Assembly: GCA_965368975.1 (NCBI GenBank)
Contig: CBDUPA010000014.1
Location: 1 to 64,000, forward strand
Length of the DNA stretch: 64,000 nucleotides
Direction of reading: 5' to 3'
Source of the DNA: an uncultured bacterium
GTDB taxonomy: Bacteria; Acidobacteriota; Thermoanaerobaculia; Multivoradales; JAHZIX01
In this document: positions 16,407-25,876 of the stretch, piece by piece
Numbering within the stretch: position 1 is the first letter of the stretch
How the letters are laid out: each line of letters opens with the position of its first letter
Position numbers and translations under genes: made by a program
Notes under the pieces: model-generated
Databases searched by the model: none
What the model saw: the letters and a program-made list of their open reading frames with translations, nothing else
What the model was told of the DNA's origin: nothing

Positions 16407-18688
16407 GCGTCCTCCGTCGCCAGCATCTGGTGCAGCAACTCCCCGACCGCGTCGTCGGAGAGATCGTCGAGCTGGGCGAGCAGCTCGGTCGCCTGCAAGC
16501 GTTCGAGCAGATCCTCGGTCAACTGCGCCGTGCTGCCGCTGAGCAGCTCGGGCACCGGTACCGTGGTGTCGAGCTCACGCTCCAGGCGGTTGCGCAGCTG
16601 CGCCGCCATCAACGAATCCAGGCCCAACTGGCTCAGTGGCTGCGCCGTCTCCACGGCTTCGGCGGGCAGCTCCATCACCTGCGCGATCGCGGCGGCGATG
16701 AAGCCCTCGAGCCGCTGGCGGCGCTGGCCCACGGGAGTGGCGAGCAGCTCGGTCGACAAGCGCTCGGCGACCGGCGCGCCGGCAGCCTCGCCGGCCTCGG
16801 AAGCGAGCAGCGCGGCGAGCAGGGACGCGCTGCCGGCCGTCTCGCTCTGGGTCAGCTGTGCCACGACCTGCAGCGTGTCGGCCAGGAAGGCCTCCTTGGC
16901 CGCCCGCCGCTGGACCTTGCCGGACGAGGTCTTGGGCAGCGTGCCCCGGCGCAGCAAGCGCAAGGCATAGAGCTGCAACTCGTGGCCCTGGAGCACCGCC
17001 TCGCGGATGGCACCGGCCACCTCGGGCAGCTGCTCGTCGCGGAAGCTGCGTTCGACCTCGACCACCACGACCACGCGCTCTTCGTCCCGCACCTCGACCG
17101 AAAAGACCGCGCAGCAGTTGGCGCGCAGCAGCGGATGCGCGGCCTCCACCGTCGCCTCGATGTCGGGCGGGTAGTGGTTGTAGCCGCGGATGATCATCAT
17201 GTCCTTGATCCGGCTGACGATGTACAGATCCTGCACCTGGAGGTCACGGCTCGTGTGCACGAAGCCCAGGTCGCCGGTGCGCAGGAAGGTGCCGGCCTCC
17301 GGCTGCCCGGTCAAGCGCGCGCGGAAGACCTCTTGCGACAGCTCCGGTCGCTGCCAGTAGCCCTCCCCGATGAAGGGCCCCCCGATCCAGATCTCGCCCA
17401 CCTCGTCGGGCTGGCAGCGACGGCCGGTCTCGGGATCGGCGATCGCGATGCTCGGCGCTGCGCCTCGTTCGGCTGAGGGCTCAGCAAGCGCCGTATCGAA
17501 GGCCGTATCGAACTCCGTATCCACCGTGCCGCAGCCAACCAGCGTGACGCCGGCGGTCGGGTCGCCCTGCGCGCCTGGCGGCGGGGCCTCCGCCAGCACG
17601 ACCTTGCCGCGGCGCAGCTCCCGACCGTCCAGTCGTAGTAGGCTCGGCGGCTGCTCCGGCGGCGCCTTGGTCGTGCACATCAGCGTCGCCTCGGCCAGGC
17701 CGAAGGACGGAAAGAACGCCTGCCGGCGGAAGCCGTACGGCCCGAACGTCTCGGCGAAGCGCTCCAGCGTCGCCGGACGTACCATCTCGGCCCCGGTACT
17801 CGCCACGCGCCAGCTGGACAGGTCCAGCTCGCTCCCCGCCGCGGGCTGGATCTGCTGCACGCAGTGGTCGTAGCCGAAGTTGGGCGCCGCGCTGTGCGTC
17901 GCGCGGTAGGTGGAGATGGCCTGCAGCCAGCGCAGCGGCCGGCGCAGGAAGGCCAGCGGCGACAGCACATAGCTGGGAATCGCGGAGTACAGCGGCTGCA
18001 ACAGGCCTTCCACCAGGCCGTAGTCGTGGAAATGCGGCATCCAGGTAACCGCCACGCTGTCCGCCGCGTAGCACCACAGCCGGCGGTTGTACGCCAGGTT
18101 CGCCATCACATTGCGGTGGCTGATCATCACCCCCTTGGCCGCCGAGGTGGAGCCGGAGGTGTACTGCAGATACGCCAGGTCTTGGGACTCGATGCGCGGC
18201 GAGGTCCAGGACGCCGCCAGGTCGTCGGGCACCGCCGCGGTGTCGACCCGTTGCATGTGCGCGAACTGCTCGACGCGCTCCTGCAACGGCTCCACCAACT
18301 CGCCGATGTAGCCCGTGCAACACAGGACACTGGCGCCCGAGTCCTCGACGATCGATTGCAGCCGCGGCAACGACCGCTTCAGCCGCGCCGCATCCGGCGG
18401 CGGTGCCGGCACGGCGACGGCACCGGCATACAGGCAGCCGAGCAGACCGGTCAGAGCGTCGAGTCCCGGTGGGTAGAGCAGCAGCACGCGTGCCCCCGGC
18501 TCGACCCGTTGCTGCAGCCAGCCGGCGATCGCGCGCGCCCGCACGTCGAGCGCGGCGTAGTCGTAGCTGGGCCCCGCCTCGTCGCCGTCCACCAGGAAGG
18601 TGTAGGCCAGGCGCTCGCCCTCTGCCTGCGCACGATCGCGCAGCAACTGCACCAAGTTGTCGAAGTCTTCGCTCTTGCGGCTCACCAA
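16403..18688 (-). CDS. Fatty acyl-AMP ligase fused to ACP (lipo-initiation)
   Basis: AYLQYTSGSTSAAKGVMISH, FGLAEATL, FLRTGDLGF, LPKTSSGKVQR; C-terminal ACP LGLDSLMA; 4-bp overlap with NRPS start. Confidence 0.93.
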   Translation of the reverse strand: MVSRKSEDFDNLVQLLRDRAQAEGERLAYTFLVDGDEAGPSYDYAALDVRARAIAGWLQQRVEPGARVLLLYPPGLDALTGLLGCLYAGAVAVPAPPPDAARLKRSLPRLQSIVEDSGASVLCCTGYIGELVEPLQERVEQFAHMQRVDTAAVPDDLAASWTSPRIESQDLAYLQYTSGSTSAAKGVMISHRNVMANLAYNRRLWCYAADSVAVTWMPHFHDYGLVEGLLQPLYSAIPSYVLSPLAFLRRPLRWLQAISTYRATHSAAPNFGYDHCVQQIQPAAGSELDLSSWRVASTGAEMVRPATLERFAETFGPYGFRRQAFFPSFGLAEATLMCTTKAPPEQPPSLLRLDGRELRRGKVVLAEAPPPGAQGDPTAGVTLVGCGTVDTEFDTAFDTALAEPSAERGAAPSIAIADPETGRRCQPDEVGEIWIGGPFIGEGYWQRPELSQEVFRARLTGQPEAGTFLRTGDLGFVHTSRDLQVQDLYIVSRIKDMMIIRGYNHYPPDIEATVEAAHPLLRANCCAVFSVEVRDEERVVVVVEVERSFRDEQLPEVAGAIREAVLQGHELQLYALRLLRRGTLPKTSSGKVQRRAAKEAFLADTLQVVAQLTQSETAGSASLLAALLASEAGEAAGAPVAERLSTELLATPVGQRRQRLEGFIAAAIAQVMELPAEAVETAQPLSQLGLDSLMAAQLRNRLERELDTTVPVPELLSGSTAQLTEDLLERLQATELLAQLDDLSDDAVGELLHQMLATEDA

Positions 18689-18746
18689 ACGACCCCCATT
18701 CTCACCTCGAGATCCCTCAACTCACGACGCCGGACGTCCCGAGGAC

Positions 18747-20291
18747 TCAGGACTGCGCTTCGTGGAGATGGAAGAATTCGAGCAGAGGCTCGCGGTGTAC
18801 GTCCTCGACCCAGTGACTTTCCAGATCCTCGATCACGTGGTGCTCGGCGAGCTGCCGCCCGTCCGTGAAGCAGCGCACGATAGGATGCAGAAACTGGCTC
18901 TCTTCGGCCTTGTCCACCTCGTCACGCGCGATGCGCTCGACCTTGAACGGGTCCGGCAGATGGTCAGAGCCGTACTCCAGCGTCACCGCATAACAGCGGT
19001 TGCCGTTCTGCCCCAAGCCACCGGCATGGAAGTAGTCGAGCGGCACATCCTCGTAGTAGTGCGCGCTCTTGCCCTCCGCGTCGACCACGATCACGTCGCC
19101 CAGGAAGCCGAACTGCTGCCACAGCCCGGAGCTGCGATTGACCCGCTCGATCACCGCGTCGCGCAGCTTCTCGGGCGTCGTGTCCAGCTGCCGGCTGGGC
19201 CAGGGGACGCCATGGTTGCGCTGCTCCAGGATGTGGAACAAGGCCTGCGAGTTGTAGCGGAAGCCGTGGATGAAGGCGGATGTCGTCTTCTTGTAGTCCC
19301 GCGCCTGGGTCAAGACGCCGGCGAAGAAGAGTCCGGGGATGTTCACCGACTCCCAGCTGCTCGTCTGCGCCGGGAAGCGGTCGTCAATGGTCAATTCCGG
19401 ACGGCAGTCTTCGTCGAAGATGGAGGCGTCGAAGCGAAAGCCCGTGCACGCGAGCATGCGGTCGTAGACCAGCGTCTCGATCTCACCGTTGGCGTGGGCA
19501 TACGCCACCTGGACGTGAATCCGGCCATCGACCTGCTCGACACTCAGAATCTTGGCATCGAGCAGCGCGTTCTGCGACTTCAGCTGATACGTGTCCAGAA
19601 AGTTGTTGTTGACCGCGCGCAGATGCCCCACGAAGTGCGTCTGCCAGGCAAAGCGCACCGAATTCTCACTCAGCAGGTGGATCAGCGACGCCGCTGGGAT
19701 CAAGTGATCCGCGGTCTCGAACGCCGAATTGCCCTTGCCCAGGATCAGCACGCGCTGGCCCGCGAAGTCCGCCAGGTCCGTGGACATCTCGGTGTAGGGC
19801 TCGGCCAACTCGATCCCCGGCACGTCGGGCAAGTACGGCTGCGACACCCCGGTCGCGATCACGACCTGCGACGCTTCGTAGCGCCGGCCTTGCCGGTCCC
19901 ACACCAAGAACGTGCCATCCTCCTGCCGCGACACCCGCTCCACCTCGGCGTCACATCGAATCTGCAGCTCGTAGCGCTCGGCGAAATCCTGGAAGTACTG
20001 CACCAGGTCGCCGGCCGCCGGGAAGTACTCCTGCGTGTACTTGGCAAAGCGGAACTCGGGATCGTCGCACAGCAGCGAGTTCCAGTCCCAGCGCAGGTTG
20101 ACTTCCGGATCCTCGGAGCCCGTGTGGATCTTGTTGATCGAGATCAACTTGCGGTGTCGAGGAAAACGTTCGAAGAACGCTCCCGGCTTCGCCGCCTCCA
20201 GAACCACGTAAGAACGTTCCTGGCGCTGCAAATAGTAGGCAAGCTGCAACCCCGCGGGACCAGCCCCGACGACCAACGTCTCAACTCTCAT
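18747..20291 (-). CDS. FAD/NAD(P)-dependent oxidoreductase, FOXRED2(ERFAD)-like
   Basis: GAGPAG FAD motif, GKGNSA second dinucleotide motif, FPRHRKLISINK, DWNSLL, SAFIHGFRYN recognised from memory as FOXRED2-family motifs. Confidence 0.8.
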   Translation of the reverse strand: MRVETLVVGAGPAGLQLAYYLQRQERSYVVLEAAKPGAFFERFPRHRKLISINKIHTGSEDPEVNLRWDWNSLLCDDPEFRFAKYTQEYFPAAGDLVQYFQDFAERYELQIRCDAEVERVSRQEDGTFLVWDRQGRRYEASQVVIATGVSQPYLPDVPGIELAEPYTEMSTDLADFAGQRVLILGKGNSAFETADHLIPAASLIHLLSENSVRFAWQTHFVGHLRAVNNNFLDTYQLKSQNALLDAKILSVEQVDGRIHVQVAYAHANGEIETLVYDRMLACTGFRFDASIFDEDCRPELTIDDRFPAQTSSWESVNIPGLFFAGVLTQARDYKKTTSAFIHGFRYNSQALFHILEQRNHGVPWPSRQLDTTPEKLRDAVIERVNRSSGLWQQFGFLGDVIVVDAEGKSAHYYEDVPLDYFHAGGLGQNGNRCYAVTLEYGSDHLPDPFKVERIARDEVDKAEESQFLHPIVRCFTDGRQLAEHHVIEDLESHWVEDVHREPLLEFFHLHEAQS

Positions 20292-20449
20292 CTCCTCGCT
20301 CCTCGTCTTCGAGGATCCCCCAATAGCAGGGACCTCGAGGATCTACAACTCCTGGAAATCAACACCTCGGGTGCAACTCTGGAGCCCCTATTCGGCTTCT
20401 CCAATCCGTAGCCACGAAGCCACGTTCACCCAGGATCAAGCAAGCTCGA

Positions 20450-20478
20450 ATCGTAGTTTGTGCCTACCGCGCTGTCAA
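20450..20478 (-). promoter_or_regulatory. sigma70-type promoter of NRPS operon
   Basis: Minus strand TTGACA (20478-20473) - 17 nt - TACGAT (20455-20450), AT-rich upstream segment, ~155 nt before the first ATG. Confidence 0.7.
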
Positions 20479-20838
20479 ATAATCCTTTCACACAAACTTA
20501 GTTACAAACTATCTTGTAGGCATTGATCTCCATAGGCCTGCGCCTCGAGAAGGAGCCGCGAGGTCCCCCCACGCACCGTCCTCTCTGAGCGACGTTCAGG
20601 ATTCCGGACGCCGGTGACCAGAAATCGGGACAGTCGGTGTCTCCCCGCCTCTTCTTGCACCGCCCTCCCGGCCTGCCCCGCGTATTCCCCAAAGAGCCAC
20701 AAACAAATCTTTCCAATCAGTTGAAGTGATCGACCCCGCGCAGGCCTCCCATGGCACGGCCTCTCGACGCCGCCGGTTCAAGTCACCGGATGCGTCATTC
20801 AATCCCATGAATCGCGTAAACAGCTCCAGACAAAGCAC

Positions 20839-20855
20839 TTGGCACGCCCGTTGCT
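20839..20855 (+). promoter_or_regulatory. sigma54 (-24/-12) promoter of TonB-dependent receptor
   Basis: TTGGCAC-GCCCG-TTGCT matches TGGCAC-N5-TTGCW; ~145 nt upstream of ATG 21001. Confidence 0.8.
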
Positions 20856-21000
20856 CTCTAGGATGGCACTCCACAAGACCACGGGCCAAGCGCCCGGGCT
20901 TGACTTTGTATCGGCCTGGAACCAGGCCAATTGCGTTTCACCTGCCGCGGCCTCCCGCCGCGGCACCTTCACTCACCTCCCTTCCTTAGGAGACATCCTC

Positions 21001-23886
21001 ATGAGAGCAAGGATCTTCCACTTGGCAGCACTCGCTTTGGCAGCGCTGCTGCTGGCTATGGGCAGCGGGCAACCGTTGGCGGCCCAGGGGACCCAGACCG
21101 GCACCCTGACCGGCTCGGTCACTGACGCCAACGGCGACTACCTGCCCGGCGTCACCGTCACCGGCACCTCGCCGTCGATGCTCGGCGAGCGCACCGCGTT
21201 CACCGGCAGCAACGGTGACTACGTCCTGCGTGGCCTACCGCCCGGCAACTACAAGGTCGTCTTCGAGCTCGAAGGCATGACCACCGTCGAGCGAACCGCC
21301 ACCATCGAGATCGGACGCACCTCGCGCTCCGACGCCAAGCTCGACATCAGCGCGGTCGAAGAAACCATCGTGGTGCGCGGGGAGAACCCGACCGCCCTCG
21401 AAACCACTTCCGTGGGCGCCAACTACGACGCCGAGCTGATCGACTCCCTGCCGACGCCGCGCACCCTGTTCGGCATCGCGCAGCTGGCTCCGGGTCTGAC
21501 CACCAACACGCCCAACGGCGGCCAGGTGACCATCTCCGGCGCCTTCGCCTACGACAACGTCTTTCTGGTCGACGGTGTCGACGTCAACGACAACCTGTTC
21601 GGCACCGCCAACAACCTGTTCATCGAAGACGCCATCGAAGAGACGCAGATCCTGACCTCCGGCATCTCGGCCGAGTACGGCCGCTTCACCGGCGGCGTGA
21701 TCAACGCCATCACCAAGAGCGGTGGCAACGAGTTCAGCGGTTCCTTCCGCGTCGACCTGACCAACCCCGAGTGGCGTGACGAAACGCCGGTCGAGGAGGC
21801 GCAGGGCATCGAGCGTCAGGATCTGCAGAACGAGGTCTACTCGGCCACCCTCGGCGGCTACGTGCTGCAGGACCACCTGTGGTTCTTCCTCGCCGGCCGC
21901 GACAGCTCCACCTCGACCCAGCACGTGTTCAACATCACCGAGCTGCCAGTCACCCGGAGCACCGACAACGAGCGCTACGAGATCAAGTTGACCGGCAACG
22001 TCAACTCCTCGCACACCGTGCAGGCCACCTACACCGAGAACGAGACCAGTCAGAACCAGCCGACCTTCGGCTTCTCGATCGACCCGCGTACCGTCAAGAC
22101 CCGAACGCTGCCGAACGAGCTGACGGTCGCCCGCTACAACGGTGTCTGGAGCAACAACCTGTTCGCCGAGCTGCAGTACTCCGAGAAGAAGTTCCAGTTC
22201 GCCGACAGCGGTGGCACCTCCACCGACATCATCGACTCGCCCTTCCTGTCCTTCCAGGACGGCCTGGCGCACTACAACCAACCCTACTTCGACGCCACCG
22301 ACGTCGAGAACCGCAACAACGAGCAGATCGCGGGTAGCCTGAGCTACTTCGCGTCCTCCGAGAGCCTCGGCTCGCACGACGTCAAGGTCGGCCTCGAGCA
22401 GTTCACCACCACCCGTACCGGTGGTAACTCGCAAACCGCCACCGACTTCGTGTTCGTCAGCAACTACGCCACTGACGCCAACGGCGACCCGGTGGTCGAC
22501 GGCCAGGGCCGCATCGTGCCGGACTTCATCCCCGGCGCCTCGCTGCTGCAGAACTGGCTCGCCGTGCGCGGCGCCCAGCTCGACATCGAGACCACCAGCC
22601 TGTACATCAACGACCGCTGGAACCTGAACGACCACTGGTCCTTCAACCTCGGTTTCCGCTACGAAGATGTCCAGGGTGACGCCACCGGCGGCCTCAAGCC
22701 GGTCGACACGACCGCCTTCGTGCCGCGCCTGGCCGCGTCCTACGACGTCTACGGCGACGGCAAGTACAAGGTCGACGTGACCTACGCCGAGTACGCCGGC
22801 AAGTACAGTGAGAGCCAGTTCGGCAACGCCACCAACGTCGGCAACCCGGACGCCATCTACCTGTTCTACAACGGCCCGGCGGGCCAGGGCCTGGACTTCG
22901 CACCGGGCCTCGACCCGAGCAACTACCTGCCCTACAACGCCAACTTCCCCACCCAGAGCGTCTTCTTCGACAAGGACCTCAGCTCACCGGTGGCCGAAGA
23001 ACTGACGTTGTCGGTAGGCGCGGAAATCGGTCGCGGCGGCTACCTCAAGCTGACCTACACCGACCGCGAAATGACCGACTTCGTCGAAGACTTCCTCGAC
23101 GATCCGCTCAACCCCGTCATCGTGCAGAGCCCCATCGGACCGCTGTCCGTCGACCGCTCCGTGTTCCGCAACACCAACGGTCCCGAGCGCAGCTACAAGG
23201 GCCTGCAACTGCAGGGCCGCTACCGCGTCACCAGCAACTGGTTGCTCGAAGGTCACTGGACCCACCAGTTGGAAAACGACGGCAACTTCGAAGGTGAAGG
23301 CACCAACACCCCAGGTGTCACCTCGACCTTCGGCAACTACCCGGAACTCCTGGTACCGGGTCGCAACTACCCCACCGGTCGTCTCAACGACTACCAGCAG
23401 GACCGCGTGCGCATCCTGTCCAACTACAACGTCGACCTGGGTCGCGCCGGAAACCTGATCTTCGGCCTGATCTTCAACTACGACTCGGGCCTGACCTACA
23501 GCCTGTCCGACACCAACGAACCGCTGTCCGCGGTGCAGTTGGCCCGCAACCCCGGCTACTCCAACCTGCCCCTGCAGACCGTCTTCTTCGGCGAGCGCGG
23601 CAGCCAGGAGTTCGACGCCACCAGCAGTGTCGACCTGTCCGTCAACTACAGCCTGCCGCTGTGGCGTTCGGTCGAACCGTGGGTGCAATTCCAGGCCCGC
23701 AACGTGTTCAACACCGAAGACCAGATCTTCGGCAACACCACCGTCATCTCCAACCGCAACGGTCCGGTGGACGCCGACGGCATCCCGACGACCTTCACCC
23801 TCGGCGGCAACCACGGCAACGCGACGACCAACGGTCACTACCTGAACCCGCGGGAGTACTTCCTGTCGGCCGGTATCCGCTTCTGA
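21001..23886 (+). CDS. TonB-dependent outer-membrane receptor, Oar-like, with N-terminal carboxypeptidase-regulatory-like domain
   Basis: AGGAGA RBS, signal peptide, G.V.D..G..LPGVTV, plug motif SAEYGRFTGGVINAITKSGGNEFSG, C-terminal ...GIRF. Confidence 0.92.
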   Translation: MRARIFHLAALALAALLLAMGSGQPLAAQGTQTGTLTGSVTDANGDYLPGVTVTGTSPSMLGERTAFTGSNGDYVLRGLPPGNYKVVFELEGMTTVERTATIEIGRTSRSDAKLDISAVEETIVVRGENPTALETTSVGANYDAELIDSLPTPRTLFGIAQLAPGLTTNTPNGGQVTISGAFAYDNVFLVDGVDVNDNLFGTANNLFIEDAIEETQILTSGISAEYGRFTGGVINAITKSGGNEFSGSFRVDLTNPEWRDETPVEEAQGIERQDLQNEVYSATLGGYVLQDHLWFFLAGRDSSTSTQHVFNITELPVTRSTDNERYEIKLTGNVNSSHTVQATYTENETSQNQPTFGFSIDPRTVKTRTLPNELTVARYNGVWSNNLFAELQYSEKKFQFADSGGTSTDIIDSPFLSFQDGLAHYNQPYFDATDVENRNNEQIAGSLSYFASSESLGSHDVKVGLEQFTTTRTGGNSQTATDFVFVSNYATDANGDPVVDGQGRIVPDFIPGASLLQNWLAVRGAQLDIETTSLYINDRWNLNDHWSFNLGFRYEDVQGDATGGLKPVDTTAFVPRLAASYDVYGDGKYKVDVTYAEYAGKYSESQFGNATNVGNPDAIYLFYNGPAGQGLDFAPGLDPSNYLPYNANFPTQSVFFDKDLSSPVAEELTLSVGAEIGRGGYLKLTYTDREMTDFVEDFLDDPLNPVIVQSPIGPLSVDRSVFRNTNGPERSYKGLQLQGRYRVTSNWLLEGHWTHQLENDGNFEGEGTNTPGVTSTFGNYPELLVPGRNYPTGRLNDYQQDRVRILSNYNVDLGRAGNLIFGLIFNYDSGLTYSLSDTNEPLSAVQLARNPGYSNLPLQTVFFGERGSQEFDATSSVDLSVNYSLPLWRSVEPWVQFQARNVFNTEDQIFGNTTVISNRNGPVDADGIPTTFTLGGNHGNATTNGHYLNPREYFLSAGIRF

Positions 23887-23936
23887 GGTAGCTGAGATCT
23901 CGGATCAGATCCCGCGCATACGCGCATCGCATACTA

Positions 23937-23967
23937 GGGCGGCCGTCAGGCCGCCCGCTTTTTGTTT
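23937..23967 (+). terminator. Rho-independent terminator
   Basis: gggcggcc-gtca-ggccgccc followed by gctttttgttt, ~50 nt after the receptor stop. Confidence 0.85.
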
Positions 23968-24017
23968 GTGGGGCCCTGGAGGTCCAGCAGACTTCCCGAT
24001 CTGATCCGACCTCCGAT

Positions 24018-24044
24018 GTAGGGGCGTCCCAGTGTGGGCGCCCT
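24018..24044 (+). repeat. GTAG-type REP-like palindrome, copy 1
   Basis: gtaggggcgtcccagtgtgggcgccct; near-identical copy at 32401. Confidence 0.7.
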
Positions 24045-24070
24045 GCGGCGTAGCTGCATCTCATGCTAAC

Positions 24071-24087
24071 CTAGACAGTCTAGACAG
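24071..24087 (+). promoter_or_regulatory. Probable TA autoregulatory operator
   Basis: ctagac-a-gtctag palindrome plus ctagacag direct repeat just before the antitoxin RBS. Confidence 0.55.
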
Positions 24088-24097
24088 GAGGTCGATC

Positions 24098-24352
24098 ATG
24101 CATACCTGGCAACTCCAACACGCCAAGAATCGATTCAGTGAAGTCATCGACCGCGCCCAGGCTCAGGGACCGCAGATGATCACTCGCCGTGGGACCGAGA
24201 CGGCAGTGGTGCTGTCCGTCGAGGAGTACCGCAAGTTGCAGCGCCCGGCGTCGGATCTGGTCGAGTTCTTCCAGACTTCACCTCTGGCCGAGTCAGCGGA
24301 AGAACTGGACTTGGAACGCGATCCGGATACCGGACGCGATCTCGAGCTATGA
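24098..24352 (+). CDS. Phd/YefM family antitoxin
   Basis: MHTWQLQHAKNRFSEVIDRA..GPQMITRRG...AVVLS; AGGAGG RBS. Confidence 0.9.
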   Translation: MHTWQLQHAKNRFSEVIDRAQAQGPQMITRRGTETAVVLSVEEYRKLQRPASDLVEFFQTSPLAESAEELDLERDPDTGRDLEL

Positions 24353-24377
24353 AGGCACGCAACTTTAAGGCGCGCGC

Positions 24378-24797
24378 ATGAGCTATCTACTGGATACGTG
24401 CGTCGTCTCGGAGCTGATCAAGCCGCGCCCTGAACCTGCTGTCGTCGAGTGGATCCGAAGCCAGGCTGAGGATCGCCTCTTCCTGAGCGTCGTGACCTTG
24501 GGCGAGATCGAGAAAGGCATCATCAAACTAAGCGACGAGCCCCGACGCCAGAAGCTACGCGATTGGATCGAACAGGATCTCCTGCGCCGCTTCGAAGGAC
24601 GCATTCTTGACATCACGGAAGAAGTTGCATTGCGTTGGGGGCAGATCCAGGGCCAGGCGGAGCGTCGTGGCCGCAAGATGCCCTTGCTGGACGGCCTGAT
24701 CGCGGCGACGGCCTTGCAGTTTGGATGTGCAGTGGTGACTCGGAATGTCGCCGACCTGGAACCGAGTGGAGTCGAGATTGTGAATCCTTGGCCGTGA
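24378..24797 (+). CDS. vapC: VapC PIN-domain toxin
   Basis: YLLDTCVVSE, GEIEKG, DGLIAATA, VVTRNVAD. Confidence 0.92.
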   Translation: MSYLLDTCVVSELIKPRPEPAVVEWIRSQAEDRLFLSVVTLGEIEKGIIKLSDEPRRQKLRDWIEQDLLRRFEGRILDITEEVALRWGQIQGQAERRGRKMPLLDGLIAATALQFGCAVVTRNVADLEPSGVEIVNPWP

Positions 24798-24819
24798 GCT
24801 CCATGCTTGGAGAGCCACC

Positions 24820-24999
24820 ATGAGCAAGTTGGATCCTGACGAAGCCGCGCTGCTCAGCTCCGTGGAAGCGGGAGAGTGGCGAGCGGTACCGGCCGTGCGG
24901 CAGGAGATGCAGCGACATCGGGAGATCGCGGCGGCTGCCTTCAGAGAGGATCAGCGCAGCAACATTCGTTTGTCCTCGCGCGCATCGGAGGAAGGTTGA
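24820..24999 (+). pseudogene. Truncated CopG/BrnA-like antitoxin
   Basis: MSKLDPDEAALLSSVEAGEW...DQRSNIRLSSRASEEG* stops at the start of the RHH (NIRLS), where the convergent DUF429 gene ends; no cognate toxin. Confidence 0.6.
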
Positions 25000-25002
25000 A
25001 CT

Positions 25003-25851
25003 TCAGCCCGCAATCACCCTCTTGGGAAAGAAGATCCATCCTTCCCGTTTGGCGTTCGCAGCCTGAGCCTCGTCCGGATCGTGTACGGTCCAACCAGGAA
25101 TCTCTCCGAGAATCATCGCTCCGGTCACAGCACAGAGCAAGGCGTCCGTCGGATCATCCTTCCCGCCTGTGGAGACAATGGCCTCGATCGTATCGGGAGC
25201 CGCGTCGATGCCAAACTCCTTTAGAAGAGCTAGCACCAGAGTCTTGCGAATATGCAGGTCGCCCTTGTATGTTTTCCACTGAGATCGCTTGGTACTCGGG
25301 TCAACCAGGCGCTTTCTCCACACGATGCCTGGAACTACCTTCTGCAGTTCAACCAGGGTCGCGGCAGGATAGACCTCGGCGATCGCCGGCAGGTTCTCCG
25401 GTACCGAAGCTACATCTCTACGCAAAGCGATCTGGCGGCCCAGTTGGTGTTTGTGCACAAGATCCGCCCAGGCCCAAGCCCCGGCTGCGAACTTGTCTGC
25501 CGCAACGGACAGCGGCCGCCTCTCTGTCTTGCTTCTAACAAACAGCTCTGTACTTCGAAATTCGAAGGCACCAGTGCCCAACACCTTGTCGATCGCTTCT
25601 CCCGAAGGCGTCCACTTGGAAACGAACTCTGCGAAGGCCTGCGGCCAAGCGAAGGGAATGTCGACAGCGACAAGATCATATTCCGTCGACCTGCAGAAGG
25701 TAGCAGCAGCCTGGTCATTCACAGGAGTAATGACCTCGGCCACAGACCAGCTGACCGGCCCTCGCTTCTCAAGTACAACGGCCGCTCTTTTCTTGGGATT
25801 GGTGGCCCAGTCGAGTCCGCCCACACGCGTATGATCTTCATGAATACTCAT
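25003..25851 (-). CDS. DUF429 family predicted RNase H-fold nuclease
   Basis: GLDWA, VAVDIPFAWP, AEVYPAATL, DPTDALLCA, EGWIFFP. Confidence 0.8.
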   Translation of the reverse strand: MSIHEDHTRVGGLDWATNPKKRAAVVLEKRGPVSWSVAEVITPVNDQAAATFCRSTEYDLVAVDIPFAWPQAFAEFVSKWTPSGEAIDKVLGTGAFEFRSTELFVRSKTERRPLSVAADKFAAGAWAWADLVHKHQLGRQIALRRDVASVPENLPAIAEVYPAATLVELQKVVPGIVWRKRLVDPSTKRSQWKTYKGDLHIRKTLVLALLKEFGIDAAPDTIEAIVSTGGKDDPTDALLCAVTGAMILGEIPGWTVHDPDEAQAANAKREGWIFFPKRVIAG

Positions 25852-25876
25852 ACTACGCCCTTCTAGTTCCCCAATC

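Noticed and set aside
20300-21000. Fur box or riboswitch in the divergent intergenic region
   Set aside because: No convincing 19-bp Fur consensus and no riboswitch signature recognised by eye; an Rfam scan is needed to exclude it fully.
21001-23886. Receptor as the cognate ferri-siderophore importer
   Set aside because: Oar-like type with a sigma54 promoter; adjacency alone is insufficient evidence.
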